From the sequence record LR756501.1: a stretch of DNA of 64,000 bases. One strand, written 5' to 3'. Below, one piece after another: positions 36,801 through 49,447 of the stretch. Within the stretch, counting starts at the first letter, position 1; each line of letters starts with the position of its first letter. The notes under the pieces were generated by a model. That model was not told where the DNA came from and made no database searches. It saw only the letters and a program-made list of their open reading frames with translations. The position numbers were made by a program, and so were the translations under genes.

Positions 36801-39800
36801 ACCAGAAGAACCTGTTAATCCTGACGACCCACTAGTTCCTGATGTTCCACTGGTACCTGATGTGCCTGAGGTTCCACTAGTTCCAGACTCACCTGAACTA
36901 CCAGATGTTCCACTTGTTCCAGATGTTCCAGATGTTCCAGATGTACCACTAGTTCCAGATGTACCAGATGAACCACTAGACCCACTAGTTCCAGATGTGC
37001 CAGATGTGCCAGATGTGCCTGTTGTACCACTAGTTCCAGAAGAACCTGTTATACCAGATGAACCTGATGTTCCTGATGTTCCACTTGTTCCAGATTCTCC
37101 TGATGTTCCACTTGATCCTGATGTTCCGCTTGTTCCTGAAGAACCTGAAATTCCACTTGTTCCACTAGTTCCGGATGTTCCACTAGTACCTGAAGTTCCA
37201 CTAGTCCCTGACTCCCCCGATGTTCCACTGGTTCCTGAAGAACCTGATGTTCCACTGGTTCCTGAAGAACCTGATGTTCCACTGGTTCCAGATTCACCTG
37301 ATGTACCACTTGTTCCTGATGTGCCACTTGTTCCACTTGTTCCAGATGATCCACTTGTACCATTAATACCAGAAGATCCACTAGTTCCTGTTGTACCACT
37401 TGTGCCTGAGGTTCCACTAGAACCTGAACTACCACTAGTTCCACTAGTACCTGATGTTCCTGAAGTCCCAGAAGTTCCGTCAACACCAGAAGATCCTGTC
37501 GTTCCACTTGTACCTGTTGTTCCTGAAGTTCCACTGGTTCCTGAAGTTCCACTAGTTCCTGATGTACCTGAAGAACCTGATGTTCCACTAGTTCCTGATG
37601 CACCTGAAGAACCTGATGTTCCACTAGTACCTGAAGTCCCTGAAGTACCACTTGTTCCTGTTGTTCCACTGGTTCCAGATGTTCCTGTTGTACCAGATGT
37701 TCCATCTATTCCAGATGTACCTGATGTGCCTGATGTTCCAGAAGTTCCAGAAGAACCACTTGTCCCTGCGACTCCACTAGTTCCAGATGTACCTGATGTA
37801 CCAGAAGTTCCAGAAGAACCACTTGTCCCTGCAACTCCACTAGTGCCAGAAGTTCCACTTGTTCCACTGGTTCCAGATTCCCCTGATGTACCACTAGTTC
37901 CTGATGTACCGCTAGACCCGCTAGTTCCAGAAGAACCACTTGTTCCTGTAATACCACTAGTTCCTGTTGTACCACTAGTGCCAGAAGTTCCACTAGATCC
38001 ACTAGTGCCAGAAGTACCTGTGATACCACTAGTTCCACTAGTTCCTGAAGTTCCACTAGTTCCAGATGTGCCTGATGTTCCTGTTGTACCAGATGTTCCA
38101 TCTATTCCAGATGTACCTGATGTTCCACTAGTTCCAGAACTACCATTTGTACCACTAGTTCCATTAGTACCAGAACTACCATTTGTGCCACTAGTTCCGC
38201 TAGTTCCAGATGTTCCACTAGTTCCATTTGTGCCACTAGTTCCACTAGTGCCAGAAGAACCTGTTAATCCAGATGTTCCACTGGTTCCTGATGTTCCTGA
38301 TGAACCTGGACTACCCACACCAGATGTACCACTTGATCCTGTTGTACCACTAGTCCCTGATGTACCACTAGTTCCACTAGTTCCAGACGAACCTGTTGTT
38401 CCTGAAGTTCCACTAGTTCCTGAAGTTCCACTAGTTCCTGAAGTTCCACTAGTACCACTAGTTCCAGATGAACCTGACGTGCCTGTTGTTCCTGAAGTTC
38501 CACTAGTCCCTGACTCCCCTGATGTTCCACTAGTTCCAGATGAACCTGACGTGCCAGAAGTTCCAGAAGAACCACTTGTCCCTGATGTACCACTAGTTCC
38601 CGATGTACCACTAGTTCCTGAAGTCCCACTTGTTCCTTCAATTCCACTAGTGCCAGATGTACCTGTTAGTCCGCTAGTACCAGATGTACCAGATTGTCCT
38701 GATGCCCCTGCTAGATTTATACTCCATGAAGTATATGAACCAGATCCTTGCATACCAGCAATTTCTGATGTTACAACGAAAGCTCCTGTTAATGTATCAT
38801 AACTTACAACTTCAGCTTCAAAGTGATTACTAGAGTCGTGTGCTATTAATATTGTTTGAGCTGGTGTATATGCTAAAGATGTGCCTCCTGTAAAATATAT
38901 TGTAACCCCAGATAAAGTAGGGATTGTAATGTTGCTTCCTGATGTAGTGGCGTATTTATCACCAGCTATTCCAGAAGTTCCTGAAGAACCTGATGTTCCA
39001 CTGGTTCCTGTTGTACCAGAAGTTCCACTAGTACCGTCAATTCCAGAAGAGCCTGATGTTCCACTGGTTCCTGTTGTACCAGAAGTTCCACTAGTGCCGT
39101 CAATTCCAGAAGAGCCTGATGTTCCACTAGTCCCTGTTGTACCTGAACTACCACTAGTTCCAGTGGTTCCTGATGTTCCACTAGTCCCTGTTGTACCTGA
39201 ACTACCACTAGTCCCTGTTGTACCTGATGTTCCACTAGTTCCAGTGGTTCCTGATGTTCCACTAGTTCCAGATGATCCTGATGTTCCACTAGTTCCTGAA
39301 GTTCCTGAAGAGCCACTAGTTCCACTAGTACCATCAATACCGGAAGAACCAGATGTTCCACTAGTTCCAGATGTTCCACTAGTTCCAGATGTTCCACTAG
39401 TTCCAGATGTGCCTGATGTTCCACTAGTTCCCGAAGTTCCTGTTGTTCCACTAGTTCCAGATGATCCTGATGTTCCACTAGTTCCAGATGATCCTGATGT
39501 TCCTGTAGTTCCAGATGTGCCTGATGTTCCTGTAGTTCCAGATGTTCCTGATGTTCCACTAGTTCCTGACTCGCCTGAAGTTCCACTGGTACCTGAAGAA
39601 CCTGATTTACCACTAGTCCCACTAGTTCCAGATGAACCACTAGTTCCAGACTCACCGGATGAACCACTGGTTCCAGATGTACCAGCTGTACCACTAGTTC
39701 CAGATGCGCCTGTTGTTCCACTAGTTCCAGATGTGCCTGTTGTTCCACTAGTTCCAGATGTGCCTGTTGTTCCACTAGTTCCTGAAGAACCAGATGTGCC

Positions 39801-42284
39801 TGATGTTCCAGATGAACCTGATGTTCCACTAGTTCCATCTAATCCGGAAGAACCAGAAGTGCCTGATGTACCACTAGTCCCAGATGAACCTGATGTTCCA
39901 CTAGTTCCATCTAATCCGGAAGAACCAGATGTGCCAGATGTACCACTAGTTCCAGACGTTCCTGAGGTTCCAGATGTACCACTAGTACCACTAGTTCCTG
40001 AAGAACCTGAACTACCAGTTGTTCCTGATGTTCCACTAGTTCCTGATGTACCTGATGTTCCACTAGTTCCTGATGTTCCACTAGAACCACTAGTGCCAGA
40101 CTCACCTGATGTACCACTAGTCCCACTAGTCCCACTAGTTCCAGATGTACCACTAGTCCCACTAGTTCCAGATGTACCACTAGTTCCAGATGAACCACTA
40201 GTTCCTGTTGTTCCACTAGAACCACTAGTGCCAGACTCACCTGATGTACCACTAGTCCCACTAGTCCCACTAGTTCCAGATGTACCAGAAGTTCCTGATG
40301 TTCCACTAGAACCACTAGACCCACTAGTTCCAGATGTGCCAGATGAACCACTAGTCCCACTAGTTCCAGATGTGCCAGATGTGCCTGTTGTACCACTAGA
40401 ACCACTAGTGCCAGACTCACCTGATGTACCACTAGTCCCACTAGTCCCACTAGTTCCAGATGTACCAGATGAACCACTAGTCCCACTAGTTCCAGATGTG
40501 CCAGATGAACCACTAGACCCACTAGTTCCAGATGTGCCAGATGTGCCTGTTGTACCACTAGTCCCACTAGTTCCAGATATGCCTGATGTGCCACTAGTTC
40601 CAGAAGAACCACTGGTTCCTGTTGTACCACTAGTCCCACTAGTTCCAGATGTGCCAGATGTGCCTGTTGTACCACTAGTTCCAGATGTGCCAGATGAACC
40701 ACTAGTACCAGACTCTCCAGATGTACCACTAGTTCCAGATGTACCTGTCGTTCCACTAGTTCCTGATGTACCACTAGTTCCAGACTCACCTGATGTACCA
40801 CTAGTTCCAGTAGTTCCTGATGTGCCTGTTGTTCCACTAGTTCCTGATGTACCACTAGTCCCACTAGTTCCAGATGAACCACTAGTTCCAGACTCACCGG
40901 ATGAACCACTGGTTCCAGATGTACCAGATGAACCACTAGTTCCTGTTGTTCCACTAGTTCCTGATGTACCACTAGTCCCACTAGTTCCTGATGTACCACT
41001 AGTCCCACTAGTTCCTGATGAACCACTTGTGCCAGACTCACCTGATGTACCTGAAGTTCCACTTGTTCCAGATGTCCCGGATGTTCCACTTGTACCAGTT
41101 GTCCCACTGGTTCCTGAAGTCCCTGAAGTTCCACTAGTCCCTGACTCCCCCGATGTTCCACTGGTTCCTGAAGAACCTGATGTTCCACTGGTTCCTGAAG
41201 AACCTGATGTTCCACTGGTTCCACTAGTCCCTGACTCCCCTGATGTGCCTGATGTTCCACTGGTTCCTGATGTTCCACTAGTCCCTGAACTACCAGATGT
41301 GCCTGATGTTCCACTGGTTCCAGATTCTCCTGATGTACCACTTGTTCCTGATGTGCCACTTGTTCCTGATGAACCACTTAATCCAGTTTCACCTGAAGAA
41401 CCTGATGTTCCAGAAGTTCCAGAAGTTCCTGATGTGCCAGAAGTACCTGAAGTTCCACTAGTTCCTGATGTTCCATCTATTCCAGATGTACCACTCGTGC
41501 CATCAATACCAGAAGTCCCTGATGTTCCTGAAGTCCCTGATGTTCCTGAAGTCCCTGATGTTCCTGATGTTCCTGATGTTCCGGATTCTCCTGAAGTTCC
41601 ACTGGTTCCGTTTGTGCCACTAATACCTGATGTTCCAGCAGTACCACTTGTTCCAGATGTCCCTATAGCTGTAGATCCACTTAAAATAGCAATTGTACTT
41701 GTTAACGTACTACCTATGTAAACCCATACCTTAATCTTTAAAGGATTTGGAGCTGGGTTAGTTTGTTGGAAATAAATACCAGACTGGTATTGATAAATCC
41801 AGTTTCTACTATCTAACAAGTCAATTTCAGCAGTCATACCAGCGTCAGAATATAAACGAGCAGTATAACCACTGTTAAATTCTGTTATTGAACCACCATA
41901 TAAGTTATAAGCTGGTGTTATTGCGTTATAAACATAACTACCAGCAGTAATTCCAGCTAAGGATCCAACGTTATAAACATAAGGATTACCTGTTTTCACG
42001 TCTGTACCTGTTGGTACAACAGAAGGCCAAGTTGCGTAATAACCGTGACTAGCAGAGTTTGGATGTAAAGTTAAATCTGCGTTAACTTCAATAGCATTAC
42101 CAGCAGTCATTGTAGCCCAACGATCACCAGTTATGGTAGACGTCCAAACATAATCCTGCGAAGGGTTTGGAAATATACCAAAAGGCTCATTACCAAGATC
42201 ATGTTCTGCTCTTGTTTGTGAACGCCCCATCACATTTTTAAAGGCTACATTCGCTCTGTTATCACCACTTGAACCAAAAGGCAT
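33834..42284 (-). CDS. Giant collagen-like (Gly-Thr-Ser)n fibre protein, 2816 aa
   Basis: About 2300 aa of Gly-X-Y (X,Y mostly T/S) in two blocks, flanked and interrupted by small globular domains. Confidence 0.85.
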   Translation of the reverse strand: MPFGSSGDNRANVAFKNVMGRSQTRAEHDLGNEPFGIFPNPSQDYVWTSTITGDRWATMTAGNAIEVNADLTLHPNSASHGYYATWPSVVPTGTDVKTGNPYVYNVGSLAGITAGSYVYNAITPAYNLYGGSITEFNSGYTARLYSDAGMTAEIDLLDSRNWIYQYQSGIYFQQTNPAPNPLKIKVWVYIGSTLTSTIAILSGSTAIGTSGTSGTAGTSGISGTNGTSGTSGESGTSGTSGTSGTSGTSGTSGTSGTSGIDGTSGTSGIDGTSGTSGTSGTSGTSGTSGTSGTSGSSGETGLSGSSGTSGTSGTSGTSGESGTSGTSGTSGSSGTSGTSGTSGTSGTSGESGTSGTSGTSGSSGTSGTSGSSGTSGTSGESGTSGTSGTSGTSGTTGTSGTSGTSGTSGTSGTSGESGTSGSSGTSGTSGTSGTSGTSGTSGTSGTTGTSGSSGTSGTSGSSGESGTSGSSGTSGTSGTSGTSGTTGTSGTTGTSGTSGESGTSGTSGTSGTTGTSGTSGTSGESGTSGSSGTSGTSGTTGTSGTSGTSGTSGTTGTSGSSGTSGTSGISGTSGTSGTTGTSGTSGTSGSSGSSGTSGTSGTSGSSGTSGTSGTSGTSGTSGESGTSGSSGTTGTSGTSGTSGTSGSSGTSGTSGSSGSSGTSGTSGTSGTSGTSGTSGTSGESGTSGSSGTTGTSGSSGTSGTSGTSGTSGTSGTSGTSGTSGTSGESGTSGSSGTSGTSGTSGTSGTSGTSGTTGSSGSSGTSGTSGTSGTSGTSGTSGTSGTSGSSGLDGTSGTSGSSGTSGTSGTSGSSGLDGTSGTSGSSGTSGTSGSSGTSGTTGTSGTSGTTGTSGTSGTTGASGTSGTAGTSGTSGSSGESGTSGSSGTSGTSGKSGSSGTSGTSGESGTSGTSGTSGTTGTSGTSGTTGTSGSSGTSGTSGSSGTSGTTGTSGTSGTSGTSGTSGTSGTSGTSGTSGTSGSSGIDGTSGTSGSSGTSGTSGTSGSSGTSGTSGTTGTSGTSGTTGTSGSSGTTGTSGTSGTTGTSGSSGTTGTSGTSGSSGIDGTSGTSGTTGTSGTSGSSGIDGTSGTSGTTGTSGTSGSSGTSGIAGDKYATTSGSNITIPTLSGVTIYFTGGTSLAYTPAQTILIAHDSSNHFEAEVVSYDTLTGAFVVTSEIAGMQGSGSYTSWSINLAGASGQSGTSGTSGLTGTSGTSGIEGTSGTSGTSGTSGTSGTSGTSGSSGTSGTSGSSGTSGTSGESGTSGTSGTTGTSGSSGTSGTSGTSGTSGTSGTSGTSGTTGSSGTSGTSGTSGTSGTTGSSGTSGVGSPGSSGTSGTSGTSGLTGSSGTSGTSGTNGTSGTSGTSGTSGTNGSSGTNGTSGTNGSSGTSGTSGTSGIDGTSGTTGTSGTSGTSGTSGTSGTSGITGTSGTSGSSGTSGTSGTTGTSGITGTSGSSGTSGSSGTSGTSGTSGESGTSGTSGTSGTSGVAGTSGSSGTSGTSGTSGTSGVAGTSGSSGTSGTSGTSGTSGIDGTSGTTGTSGTSGTTGTSGTSGTSGTSGTSGSSGASGTSGTSGSSGTSGTSGTSGTSGTSGTTGTSGTTGSSGVDGTSGTSGTSGTSGTSGSSGSSGTSGTSGTTGTSGSSGINGTSGSSGTSGTSGTSGTSGTSGESGTSGTSGSSGTSGTSGSSGTSGTSGESGTSGTSGTSGTSGTSGTSGISGSSGTSGTSGSSGTSGESGTSGTSGTSGSSGITGSSGTSGTTGTSGTSGTSGTSGSSGSSGTSGTSGTSGTSGTSGTSGTSGSSGESGTSGTSGTSGTSGTSGTSGSSGLTGSSGTSGTSGTSGTSGTSGTSGTSGTSGTSGSSGSSGTSGTSGTSGSSGITGSSGTSGTSGTSGTSGTSGTTGTSGSSGTTGTSGSSGTSGTSGTSGTSGTSGTSGSSGITGSSGTSGTTGTSGSSGTSGTSGTSGTSGTNGSSGLTGSSGTSGTSGSSGITGSSGTSGTSGTSGTSGTSGTSGSSGITGSSGTSGTSGTSGTSGTSGTSGSSGITGSSGTSGTSGTSGTSGTSGTSGSSGTSGTSGSSGSSGTSGTSGTSGTSGTSGTSGTSGESGTSGSSGSSGTSGTSGTSGIDGTSGTSGTSGTSGTSGTSGTTGSSGSSGTSGTSGTSGTSGTSGTSGTSGSSGLTGSSGTSGTSGTSGTSGTSGTSGTSGTSGTSGTSGTSGSSGITGTSGSSGTSGTNGTSGSSGITGTSGSSGTSGTSGTSGTSGTSGTSGSSGITGSSGTSGTSGTSGTSGSSGASGSSGTSGTSGTSGTSGTSGTSGSSGLTGSSGTSGTSGTSGTSGSSGITGSSGTSGTSGTSGTSGTSGITGSSGTSGTSGTSGTSGTSGTSGSSGLTGSSGTSGTSGTSGTSGTSGSSGSSGTSGTSGTSGTSGTSGTSGSSGITGSSGTSGTSGTSGTSGTSGTSGTSGSSGITGSSGTSGTSGTSGTSGTSGTSGSSGLTGSSGTSGTSGKDGTSGSSGTSGTTGTSGTSGTSGTSGTSGTSGSSGLTGSSGTSGTSGTSGTSGTSGTSGTSGTSGSSGKAGSSGTSGSSGTSGTSGTSGTSGTSGNGSSGTSGSGSPGSSGTSGIAGTAGSSGKDGVGGGVTSLSGLTDVQIGTLTTGDLFVYSGGTVNKWINVQSTDYLDSGTIQYTPQQYFVTGTTLLAHLVGLDHSAYETKSITVESPTSSENLVMFYTFSAITVKEIQAVVAGTSPSVTIQVSSTLDASLTGSTNILTTAQAITGTTTGQNYITSQFNTYNIPEHSWVKLISTAKSGTVNILHVSVKYIKR
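34390..41660 (-). repeat. Degenerate 9-bp periodic array encoding [12 protein letters not shown] triplets, interrupted at about 38700-38965
   Basis: Directly visible; boundaries approximate. Confidence 0.95.
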
Positions 42285-42317
42285 TTATTAATCTATTATT
42301 TTTTATTATATATCATT

Positions 42318-45300
42318 TTAAAAAGATGTTAATTGTACTTGTGTCGCAGTTATTGTAGTATTAGTTGTTATTCTAAGTATCACATAACCACCACTATAAG
42401 CAGTTCCATCTGTTCCAAAAGTTATTCCCCAGTTTCCGCCAAAAGCTTGACTAGATCCGTAAGCTGAAGCGTAACATCCACCATTAGCGACAGTTCTAAA
42501 ACAATCTTTCCACCCTGTTAAATTTGGTCCTGGATTTAATCCCGCTTGTGCTTCTACCCATATATAATTTCCACTTGAGTCGGCTGTAGATTTAAATGTT
42601 CCAGAACCAGAACCACTTAAAACTAAAACCATATTCGAAACACCAGTACCCAAGAAGAATTTTCTTAAATACGTTCTAGCTCCCGTTAATCCTGTATAAT
42701 TTGGATTACCAGCAGGACCATTTGTTATTGTTGAGAAGTTTGTTGATGGATATACTAAAGTTCCACCGTAAACTTGTAATCCTGTTACACCAGTTAAACT
42801 ATCATTTGATGTCCAAGCGTTTGTCGCACCAGTTATATCTCCCCATTGAGTATATGTGTTATTTTTCAATCTATATCCTTCACCGTCAAATAAATCTAAA
42901 GTGTTTGTTGAAGCATCTGTTACAGCATCCATTAAGATATTAGATATTGCCACTGCTGAATTTGTAGGTGATGATGATCTACCAGATACAGCAGTTAAAG
43001 TTCTCTGTACAACATTTACTTTACAATCTATTGAAGCATTTAATAATCTTGAAGCATTTATAGTTACTGTTCTACTTATTCCTATTTGAGTAGTATCAGC
43101 ACCTGAACCAGTTACGTTACCAAGTGTTGTATTAGTTGTTGTACCATTAGTTACAGTAAAAGATACTGTACCAGCGTTGTAATAAGTGTTCTTGTAAGCA
43201 TTTTGTATAGTACAATAATAATTTGAAGTACCTGCTGTATAATATTGAACACCAGATAAATATTTACTACCAGTCATAACAAGATTGGTATGAGTTCCTC
43301 CTGTTATAGCAGTCGCCGTAGCGTCTTTATCTACCATAAAAGCATTAGTTCCTATAACAGATGATCCGTAAGTAACTTCAACATAATTAAAACCGTTATT
43401 TAAGTTTGTTGATGCTATAGACCAAGTTCCTGTTCTATAAGAAAATGTAGTAAATGGAGTTAAATCTGAAAATTTATTGAAAGTCGCAGCACTTATTGTT
43501 AATGTTATACCACTAACAGTTGCTATATAAGTAGATCCAGATGATAAAGAATCTAAATTAACTGAATGTGAATATGTTGTACCACTATAAATATTTTTAA
43601 CTGTAATTGTACCAGTATTATTAAAAGCGTTCACTGGATATGAATAAGCGTGTGCTGAAACATTATTAGCCAATGTTCCTGTTACTGCTCCGTTACCAGC
43701 AGATAGATAATAAGATGTTCCAACTGTATATCCACTATACCAATATGTAGCAACCATATTATCTGTACCAAATGATATTTTACCATTTGATGCTTCTACT
43801 GTTCCACCAACCGCCGTTGACGAAGATGATAAAGTTGGAGCTGGAGGAGGTGCTAGACCTTTTAAAAGTTCGTTAAATCTATCTATAGCTGTACCTATTG
43901 GTGTATCTTGTGTGAAATCGACGAATAATCCATCTGTATATGTTCCGTCTTCTGCTGATCCTATTATACCAGGTTGACTCGTCCAAGTATTACCACTCCA
44001 AATTAAGAAATCTCTCGTTGTATTTCCTGTTACAGAAAAACTCGTACCTGAACTACCTGCAGTTCCACTTTCCCCAGAACTACCCGATGATCCAGTTGTA
44101 CCTGAAGTACCACTAGTCCCAGACTCCCCTGATGTACCACTAGTTCCAGATGTTCCTGACGTACCACTTGAACCACTTAATCCAGTTTCTCCTGAACTGC
44201 CTGATGTTCCACTAGTTCCAGATGATCCTGATGTTCCTGTAGTTCCACTGGTACCAGAAGTTCCTGATGTTCCACTAGTTCCTGACTCTCCTGAAGTTCC
44301 ACTCGATCCAGCAGTTCCAGATGTTCCAGATGTTCCAGAAGAACCACTTGTACCTGATTCGCCTGATGTTCCAGATGTTCCACTAGAACCAGCTGTTCCG
44401 CTCGAACCACTTGTGCCTGACTCTCCTGATGTTCCACTAGTTCCTGATGTACCACTGGTCCCTGATGTTCCAGAAGAACCACTTGTACCTGACTCACCTG
44501 ATGTTCCACTGGTCCCCGATGTTCCAGATGTTCCACTAGAACCACTTGTACCTGTTGTTCCTGATGTTCCACTAGTGCCAGATGTACCACTAGTTCCTGA
44601 TGTACCACTGGTCCCTGATGTTCCAGAAGAACCACTTGTACCTGACTCACCTGATGTTCCACTAGTGCCAGATGTTCCTGATGTTCCACTGGTCCCCGAT
44701 GTTCCAGATGTTCCACTAGAACCAGCTGTTCCACTAGAACCACTTGTGCCTGACTCACCTGATGTTCCACTAGTACCAGATGTGCCTGAAGTTCCACTAG
44801 TTCCCGATTCACCTGAACTACCAGAAGTTCCTGAAACACCTCTTTTTGTGGTGGCTAATAATACTTTATCGCTATTACTGAATGTTGTAGTTCCACTTTG
44901 TATAAAAGAAATGCCAAAATCATAATAACTTGGTTGCTGAATTATCGATGTTACTTCATATAAGAAAAATATAGAACTATCTGTCTGTTTTTGAATATAT
45001 AATAGATCGTTTATAGATATTAATCCTAGGAAATTTGTTATATCAGTTCCGTTATCATTTGTTCTACTTACATAAGTTGTTGTTGCTCCAGAAAGTTCTA
45101 ACGTGAAAAATTTTAAATATCCTGATGATGGAGCGTTACCAGATGTATTACTTGAGTATCTATATGGTGTACTAGCTACATACGATCCATCAACTCCACT
45201 ACTACCGCTTGTACCCGAAGTGCCTGAAGTACCCGATGTTCCTGTTGTTCCAGAAGAACCGCTTGTACCAGATTCACCCGATGTGCCTGTCGTTCCACTA

Positions 45301-48300
45301 GTTCCTGACGTTCCATTTGTTCCACTAGTCCCTGAAGTACCACTGGACCCTGAGGTGCCATTAGTCCCTGAAGTTCCACTAGTGCCACTAGTTCCGCTGG
45401 TGCCATCTTTACCAGAAGTACCTGATGTACCTGAAGTTCCACTTGTGCCAGAAGTACCACTTGTTCCACCAGATAGAGACGAGTCTACGTATAACTCACC
45501 TGTTGCACCTATTACCTTTAAATAACCGTTAGAATTATAAGTGTTAAAATAAACTGTACCACCTGTTGTTACGTCTAATATTTTACTTGAATCACTATAA
45601 ACTTCGAATTTAGAACTTTCAGAATACCCTGTTGATCCAATAATAACTTGTTTAGTATCAAACATTCTCCCATTACTATCTATGTAAAAATCAGGTAATT
45701 TATCTAAATATGCTGAATATACAGCAAATCTAAATTGTCCGTGAGGAAGAACAGTAATAATTTTTGGAGCCTTAGTACAAACAGTAGTTGTTATAAATCT
45801 TATCCAATATAAGTCATAACCAGTTTCTATATGATTTGGTGGATATGTTGTTACCCAATCTGGCATTGTAGAATTCTCAAATCTAAATAAACCAGTTTGT
45901 GTTAAATTGTTTGTACCGTCATTTATATCATTTAAAGCTGATAACATTGTCCAACCAGAATTTGCGTCGTAATATTCAACTCTCATTGTAACACCACTAG
46001 CTGGCTCTGATAAATTGAACATTACACTATGGAAAGGTGCTTCAACACCAACATAAATAGCTACAGTATCACCAGTCAACCAAGATATATTTGTATTATC
46101 ATAAGATGACGACGCGTAAAATGTAAAATCAGTATAAGTCGCCGCAGATGATGTCCAATCTAATGTTCCCAAAATTTCAGAGAACATCGGTGGAGCAATA
46201 GACATTGTTGCTTGTGGCAATTGTGGATAAGCGTTAAAATACCATCCGTCATTCAAACTATGTCCAGTAATGTTCTCAAATAATACACCAACTCCACTAT
46301 CTATTAAAGTATCATTTGTAGAACAAGGAATAGATGAAGAAAAAGAACCATATGTTTTTCCGTAATCTTCTGATTTTCTCCAAACAAAGTAATCTGTTGC
46401 GCCTGTTACTACTATAAATATTTGATATAATGATTGATACGTTCTATCATATAAACCCCCAACTACTAAATTATTCGATCCATCACCGTATGGGTTTAAA
46501 TAACCCGCGTGATATTGTGGTATATTAGATTGTTTATTAATACCAAATCTACCACCTTCTGAAACAACCATTATATCTCTTTGATAATTATAATTATATA
46601 AATACTTAAAAGAACCAAACTCATTTCTGTAAATATAATCTTCCCATTTTCTTACACCATTATCAGCCCACACTAAACCTTTATCACCATCAACCACACC
46701 GTCAATCATGATATTATTGAACATATCATCTTCAGCATCAGGAACATTTTGAATACCAAATGTATGAACAAGATTTTGAGGATTTGTGATATTAACACCC
46801 ATATAACCAGGTAAAGGTGTAGCATTTAATCTCTGATAATCGCCCAATATAACTCTACCTAGAGCGTCAACAAACATAGCTGGAAGTGGATCAAGATGAG
46901 AAGCACGAACACCAAATCTACGAAGACCATGTGGAGCAACCAAAATAACTGTAGCCGCAGTGATCACATTAGTAGTAGATGATATTCTGATCCAATTATA
47001 TGAAGTATCTGTAATACCAGTTAACAATTGTTGACCCCAATCTTGCATCAATGATGTGTCCCAACTAATGAGACCAGATTGTGATAAGTTATCTGTTTGG
47101 TCTATATATGAATGTAAAGTAAAATCTAAAGTTGTCCAACCAGTTAAAGTAGAATATTCACACTTTAAAGTTATACCAGATGGAATAGTATTTATATCTA
47201 AAAATACATAAATACTATTAAAAGCTCTTGTTAATCCTATATACGCATATGAATTTGTACCTGTTTCAATTAAATCAAATGATAGAGATGATGAGAAAGA
47301 TGAATTATAAGTCCAATCTTTATAAACGATAGGATAAGCTGTGTAATCTGGTGTTACACTAACTTGTGCAAACATGTCCGGCGCTACAGACAATGAAGCA
47401 CCAGGTAATTGTGGAAATGCCCAAAATCTCCAATAATCATTTAATGAGTGACCAGCTACGTCTTTAAAATAAATTTCAATACCGTTATCTAAAACTATAA
47501 TATCGCCACTACAATCAATATCTATTGAGTAATTTGTCCATGTTGAACCGTAATCAATAGAAGATCTCCATTTAAATTGATTTGGTGTAACTCCAGTATT
47601 ACTTATATCGATTTCGTAAAATCTTATAATTCTTTTATTATATTCACCTCCAACAACTAAACTATTATTGCCTGTAAAACCAGTATTATAATATACAGCG
47701 TGTGAATTCATTGTAGGTGAAGCCCAGTTCATACCAAAACGACCACCCTCACTCATCACCAATATATCTTTTTCTGTGGAATATGAATAAGTATATCTAA
47801 ATTCGCCTTTTTCGTTTCTATATAAATAATCTTCAAATTTCTTAAAGCCATTATCAGCAAACATTATACCCTTATCACCATCAGGAACACCATCGATCAT
47901 CAAGTGATTATGCATTGTGTCCGAAGCATCTGGTGTGGTATCTAAACCATAGATATGAACCATATCCTGTGGTTGTGTAATATTTACACCTAAATAACCA
48001 GTATTTGTATATGGACTATTTGTAAGTGTATGGTTATAATCACCCATAATAACTCTACCTGCACCATCAACATAAAATGACGGATTTGCATCCAAATGTG
48101 CACTATATACTCCTAATCTAACAGTTCCACCCAAAGATAATGAATCTACAACAGGGGCGACAGATGGTGTTGTTGTAGTTGTTACTCTTATCCAATATAA
48201 ATCATATCCTGCTCCTTCATTTTCTAATTGATGATTGATCCAATCTAATTCCTGTCTATCCCATTCAACTTTACCATCTACTGCTAAATTATTTGTAAAA

Positions 48301-49436
48301 TCAGCCAATGTTCCCAATGTTTCACCCGTTGAAATCACAGTCCAACCGGATGATGAATAATATTCAAATTGTAAAGTTAGCCCACTTGCGTTTTGACCGT
48401 TATTAAAAAATATTGAATTAAAAGGTAATTTCCAACCTACAAATAACGCATCAGTTAACCCAGATAAACATGTTTCAAAACCCGAATATGTAGTTGATAA
48501 ACCATTAGTTACATCTTTATATGTTATACCTGTACCAGCAGTATAATCTAGTGTGGTTAATATTTCAGTATAACCATTTGCGGCTACAGTAAATGATCCT
48601 TGTGGTAATTGTGGGAATGCTGTAAATTGCCATCTGTCGAAAGTATTATGACCTGTTGTATTAGCAAAAGAAACTGTTATATAATGTTCAATGTCTGTTG
48701 CCCCAGTTGAACAAGGAATATTGGATGACCAACTATTCCAAGTTACACCGTTATCTCTAGATTTTCTCCAATGAAATTCATCTAGAAGACCAGTTACAGA
48801 TATTTGAATTTCGTATAACGATTGATATAATCTATCATACCAACCGCCAACATCCATATCATTAATGTAACCCTGATTAACAGGTGCTAAATATTGTGAG
48901 TGGTAATTTAAAACGTTAGATTGTTTATTTATACCAGATCTTCCACTTCTCGAATAAACTTGAGCTAAGTTGTTTGTTACTGGGTTAAAAACATAATAAA
49001 AATCACCATTTTCCTCTCTGTATGTTTGAAGTGCCCATTTACGAACACCATTATCACCTAAAGTAAAACTCTTATCTGAGGTTGATAAACCATCTATGAA
49101 TATTTCACCTCCTGGACTTATTGATGACTCGTCTACATATACACCACCGTCTACACTATAAGAATGTATTCTAGCAGTAGCTCCTGACTCAGAGCCTATC
49201 ATCATATATAAATTTGAAGGGTTAAATGTGAAACCAGTATCAGCGTTATAACCACTAGTTGTTCCACTATCTCTAAAAATTATCTGGTAAGGACTACCAA
49301 TCTTAGGCAATAATCCATCAATGGTATTATACTTTACCAAACCATCAGCATCCTGTACTAAAATCTGAGTTTCTGTATTACCCGATAAGACGTTATGTAT
49401 CACCAGACCTTTTCTGGCAACGAATTCATTATTCAT
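42318..49436 (-). CDS. Large tail-fibre-like protein, 2372 aa: three ~400-aa tandem modules, two GTS blocks, beta-rich C-terminus
   Basis: MNNEFVARKGL start; repeats with DNGxxK, FPQLP/YPQLP, AHLD/AYLD anchors about 1.2 kb apart. Confidence 0.85.
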   Translation of the reverse strand: MNNEFVARKGLVIHNVLSGNTETQILVQDADGLVKYNTIDGLLPKIGSPYQIIFRDSGTTSGYNADTGFTFNPSNLYMMIGSESGATARIHSYSVDGGVYVDESSISPGGEIFIDGLSTSDKSFTLGDNGVRKWALQTYREENGDFYYVFNPVTNNLAQVYSRSGRSGINKQSNVLNYHSQYLAPVNQGYINDMDVGGWYDRLYQSLYEIQISVTGLLDEFHWRKSRDNGVTWNSWSSNIPCSTGATDIEHYITVSFANTTGHNTFDRWQFTAFPQLPQGSFTVAANGYTEILTTLDYTAGTGITYKDVTNGLSTTYSGFETCLSGLTDALFVGWKLPFNSIFFNNGQNASGLTLQFEYYSSSGWTVISTGETLGTLADFTNNLAVDGKVEWDRQELDWINHQLENEGAGYDLYWIRVTTTTTPSVAPVVDSLSLGGTVRLGVYSAHLDANPSFYVDGAGRVIMGDYNHTLTNSPYTNTGYLGVNITQPQDMVHIYGLDTTPDASDTMHNHLMIDGVPDGDKGIMFADNGFKKFEDYLYRNEKGEFRYTYSYSTEKDILVMSEGGRFGMNWASPTMNSHAVYYNTGFTGNNSLVVGGEYNKRIIRFYEIDISNTGVTPNQFKWRSSIDYGSTWTNYSIDIDCSGDIIVLDNGIEIYFKDVAGHSLNDYWRFWAFPQLPGASLSVAPDMFAQVSVTPDYTAYPIVYKDWTYNSSFSSSLSFDLIETGTNSYAYIGLTRAFNSIYVFLDINTIPSGITLKCEYSTLTGWTTLDFTLHSYIDQTDNLSQSGLISWDTSLMQDWGQQLLTGITDTSYNWIRISSTTNVITAATVILVAPHGLRRFGVRASHLDPLPAMFVDALGRVILGDYQRLNATPLPGYMGVNITNPQNLVHTFGIQNVPDAEDDMFNNIMIDGVVDGDKGLVWADNGVRKWEDYIYRNEFGSFKYLYNYNYQRDIMVVSEGGRFGINKQSNIPQYHAGYLNPYGDGSNNLVVGGLYDRTYQSLYQIFIVVTGATDYFVWRKSEDYGKTYGSFSSSIPCSTNDTLIDSGVGVLFENITGHSLNDGWYFNAYPQLPQATMSIAPPMFSEILGTLDWTSSAATYTDFTFYASSSYDNTNISWLTGDTVAIYVGVEAPFHSVMFNLSEPASGVTMRVEYYDANSGWTMLSALNDINDGTNNLTQTGLFRFENSTMPDWVTTYPPNHIETGYDLYWIRFITTTVCTKAPKIITVLPHGQFRFAVYSAYLDKLPDFYIDSNGRMFDTKQVIIGSTGYSESSKFEVYSDSSKILDVTTGGTVYFNTYNSNGYLKVIGATGELYVDSSLSGGTSGTSGTSGTSGTSGTSGKDGTSGTSGTSGTSGTNGTSGSSGTSGTSGTNGTSGTSGTTGTSGESGTSGSSGTTGTSGTSGTSGTSGSSGVDGSYVASTPYRYSSNTSGNAPSSGYLKFFTLELSGATTTYVSRTNDNGTDITNFLGLISINDLLYIQKQTDSSIFFLYEVTSIIQQPSYYDFGISFIQSGTTTFSNSDKVLLATTKRGVSGTSGSSGESGTSGTSGTSGTSGTSGESGTSGSSGTAGSSGTSGTSGTSGTSGTSGTSGTSGESGTSGSSGTSGTSGTSGTSGTSGTSGTSGTTGTSGSSGTSGTSGTSGTSGESGTSGSSGTSGTSGTSGTSGTSGESGTSGSSGTAGSSGTSGTSGESGTSGSSGTSGTSGTAGSSGTSGESGTSGTSGTSGTSGTTGTSGSSGTSGTSGSSGETGLSGSSGTSGTSGTSGTSGESGTSGTSGTTGSSGSSGESGTAGSSGTSFSVTGNTTRDFLIWSGNTWTSQPGIIGSAEDGTYTDGLFVDFTQDTPIGTAIDRFNELLKGLAPPPAPTLSSSSTAVGGTVEASNGKISFGTDNMVATYWYSGYTVGTSYYLSAGNGAVTGTLANNVSAHAYSYPVNAFNNTGTITVKNIYSGTTYSHSVNLDSLSSGSTYIATVSGITLTISAATFNKFSDLTPFTTFSYRTGTWSIASTNLNNGFNYVEVTYGSSVIGTNAFMVDKDATATAITGGTHTNLVMTGSKYLSGVQYYTAGTSNYYCTIQNAYKNTYYNAGTVSFTVTNGTTTNTTLGNVTGSGADTTQIGISRTVTINASRLLNASIDCKVNVVQRTLTAVSGRSSSPTNSAVAISNILMDAVTDASTNTLDLFDGEGYRLKNNTYTQWGDITGATNAWTSNDSLTGVTGLQVYGGTLVYPSTNFSTITNGPAGNPNYTGLTGARTYLRKFFLGTGVSNMVLVLSGSGSGTFKSTADSSGNYIWVEAQAGLNPGPNLTGWKDCFRTVANGGCYASAYGSSQAFGGNWGITFGTDGTAYSGGYVILRITTNTTITATQVQLTSF

Positions 49437-49447
49437 TATTTACCTAC

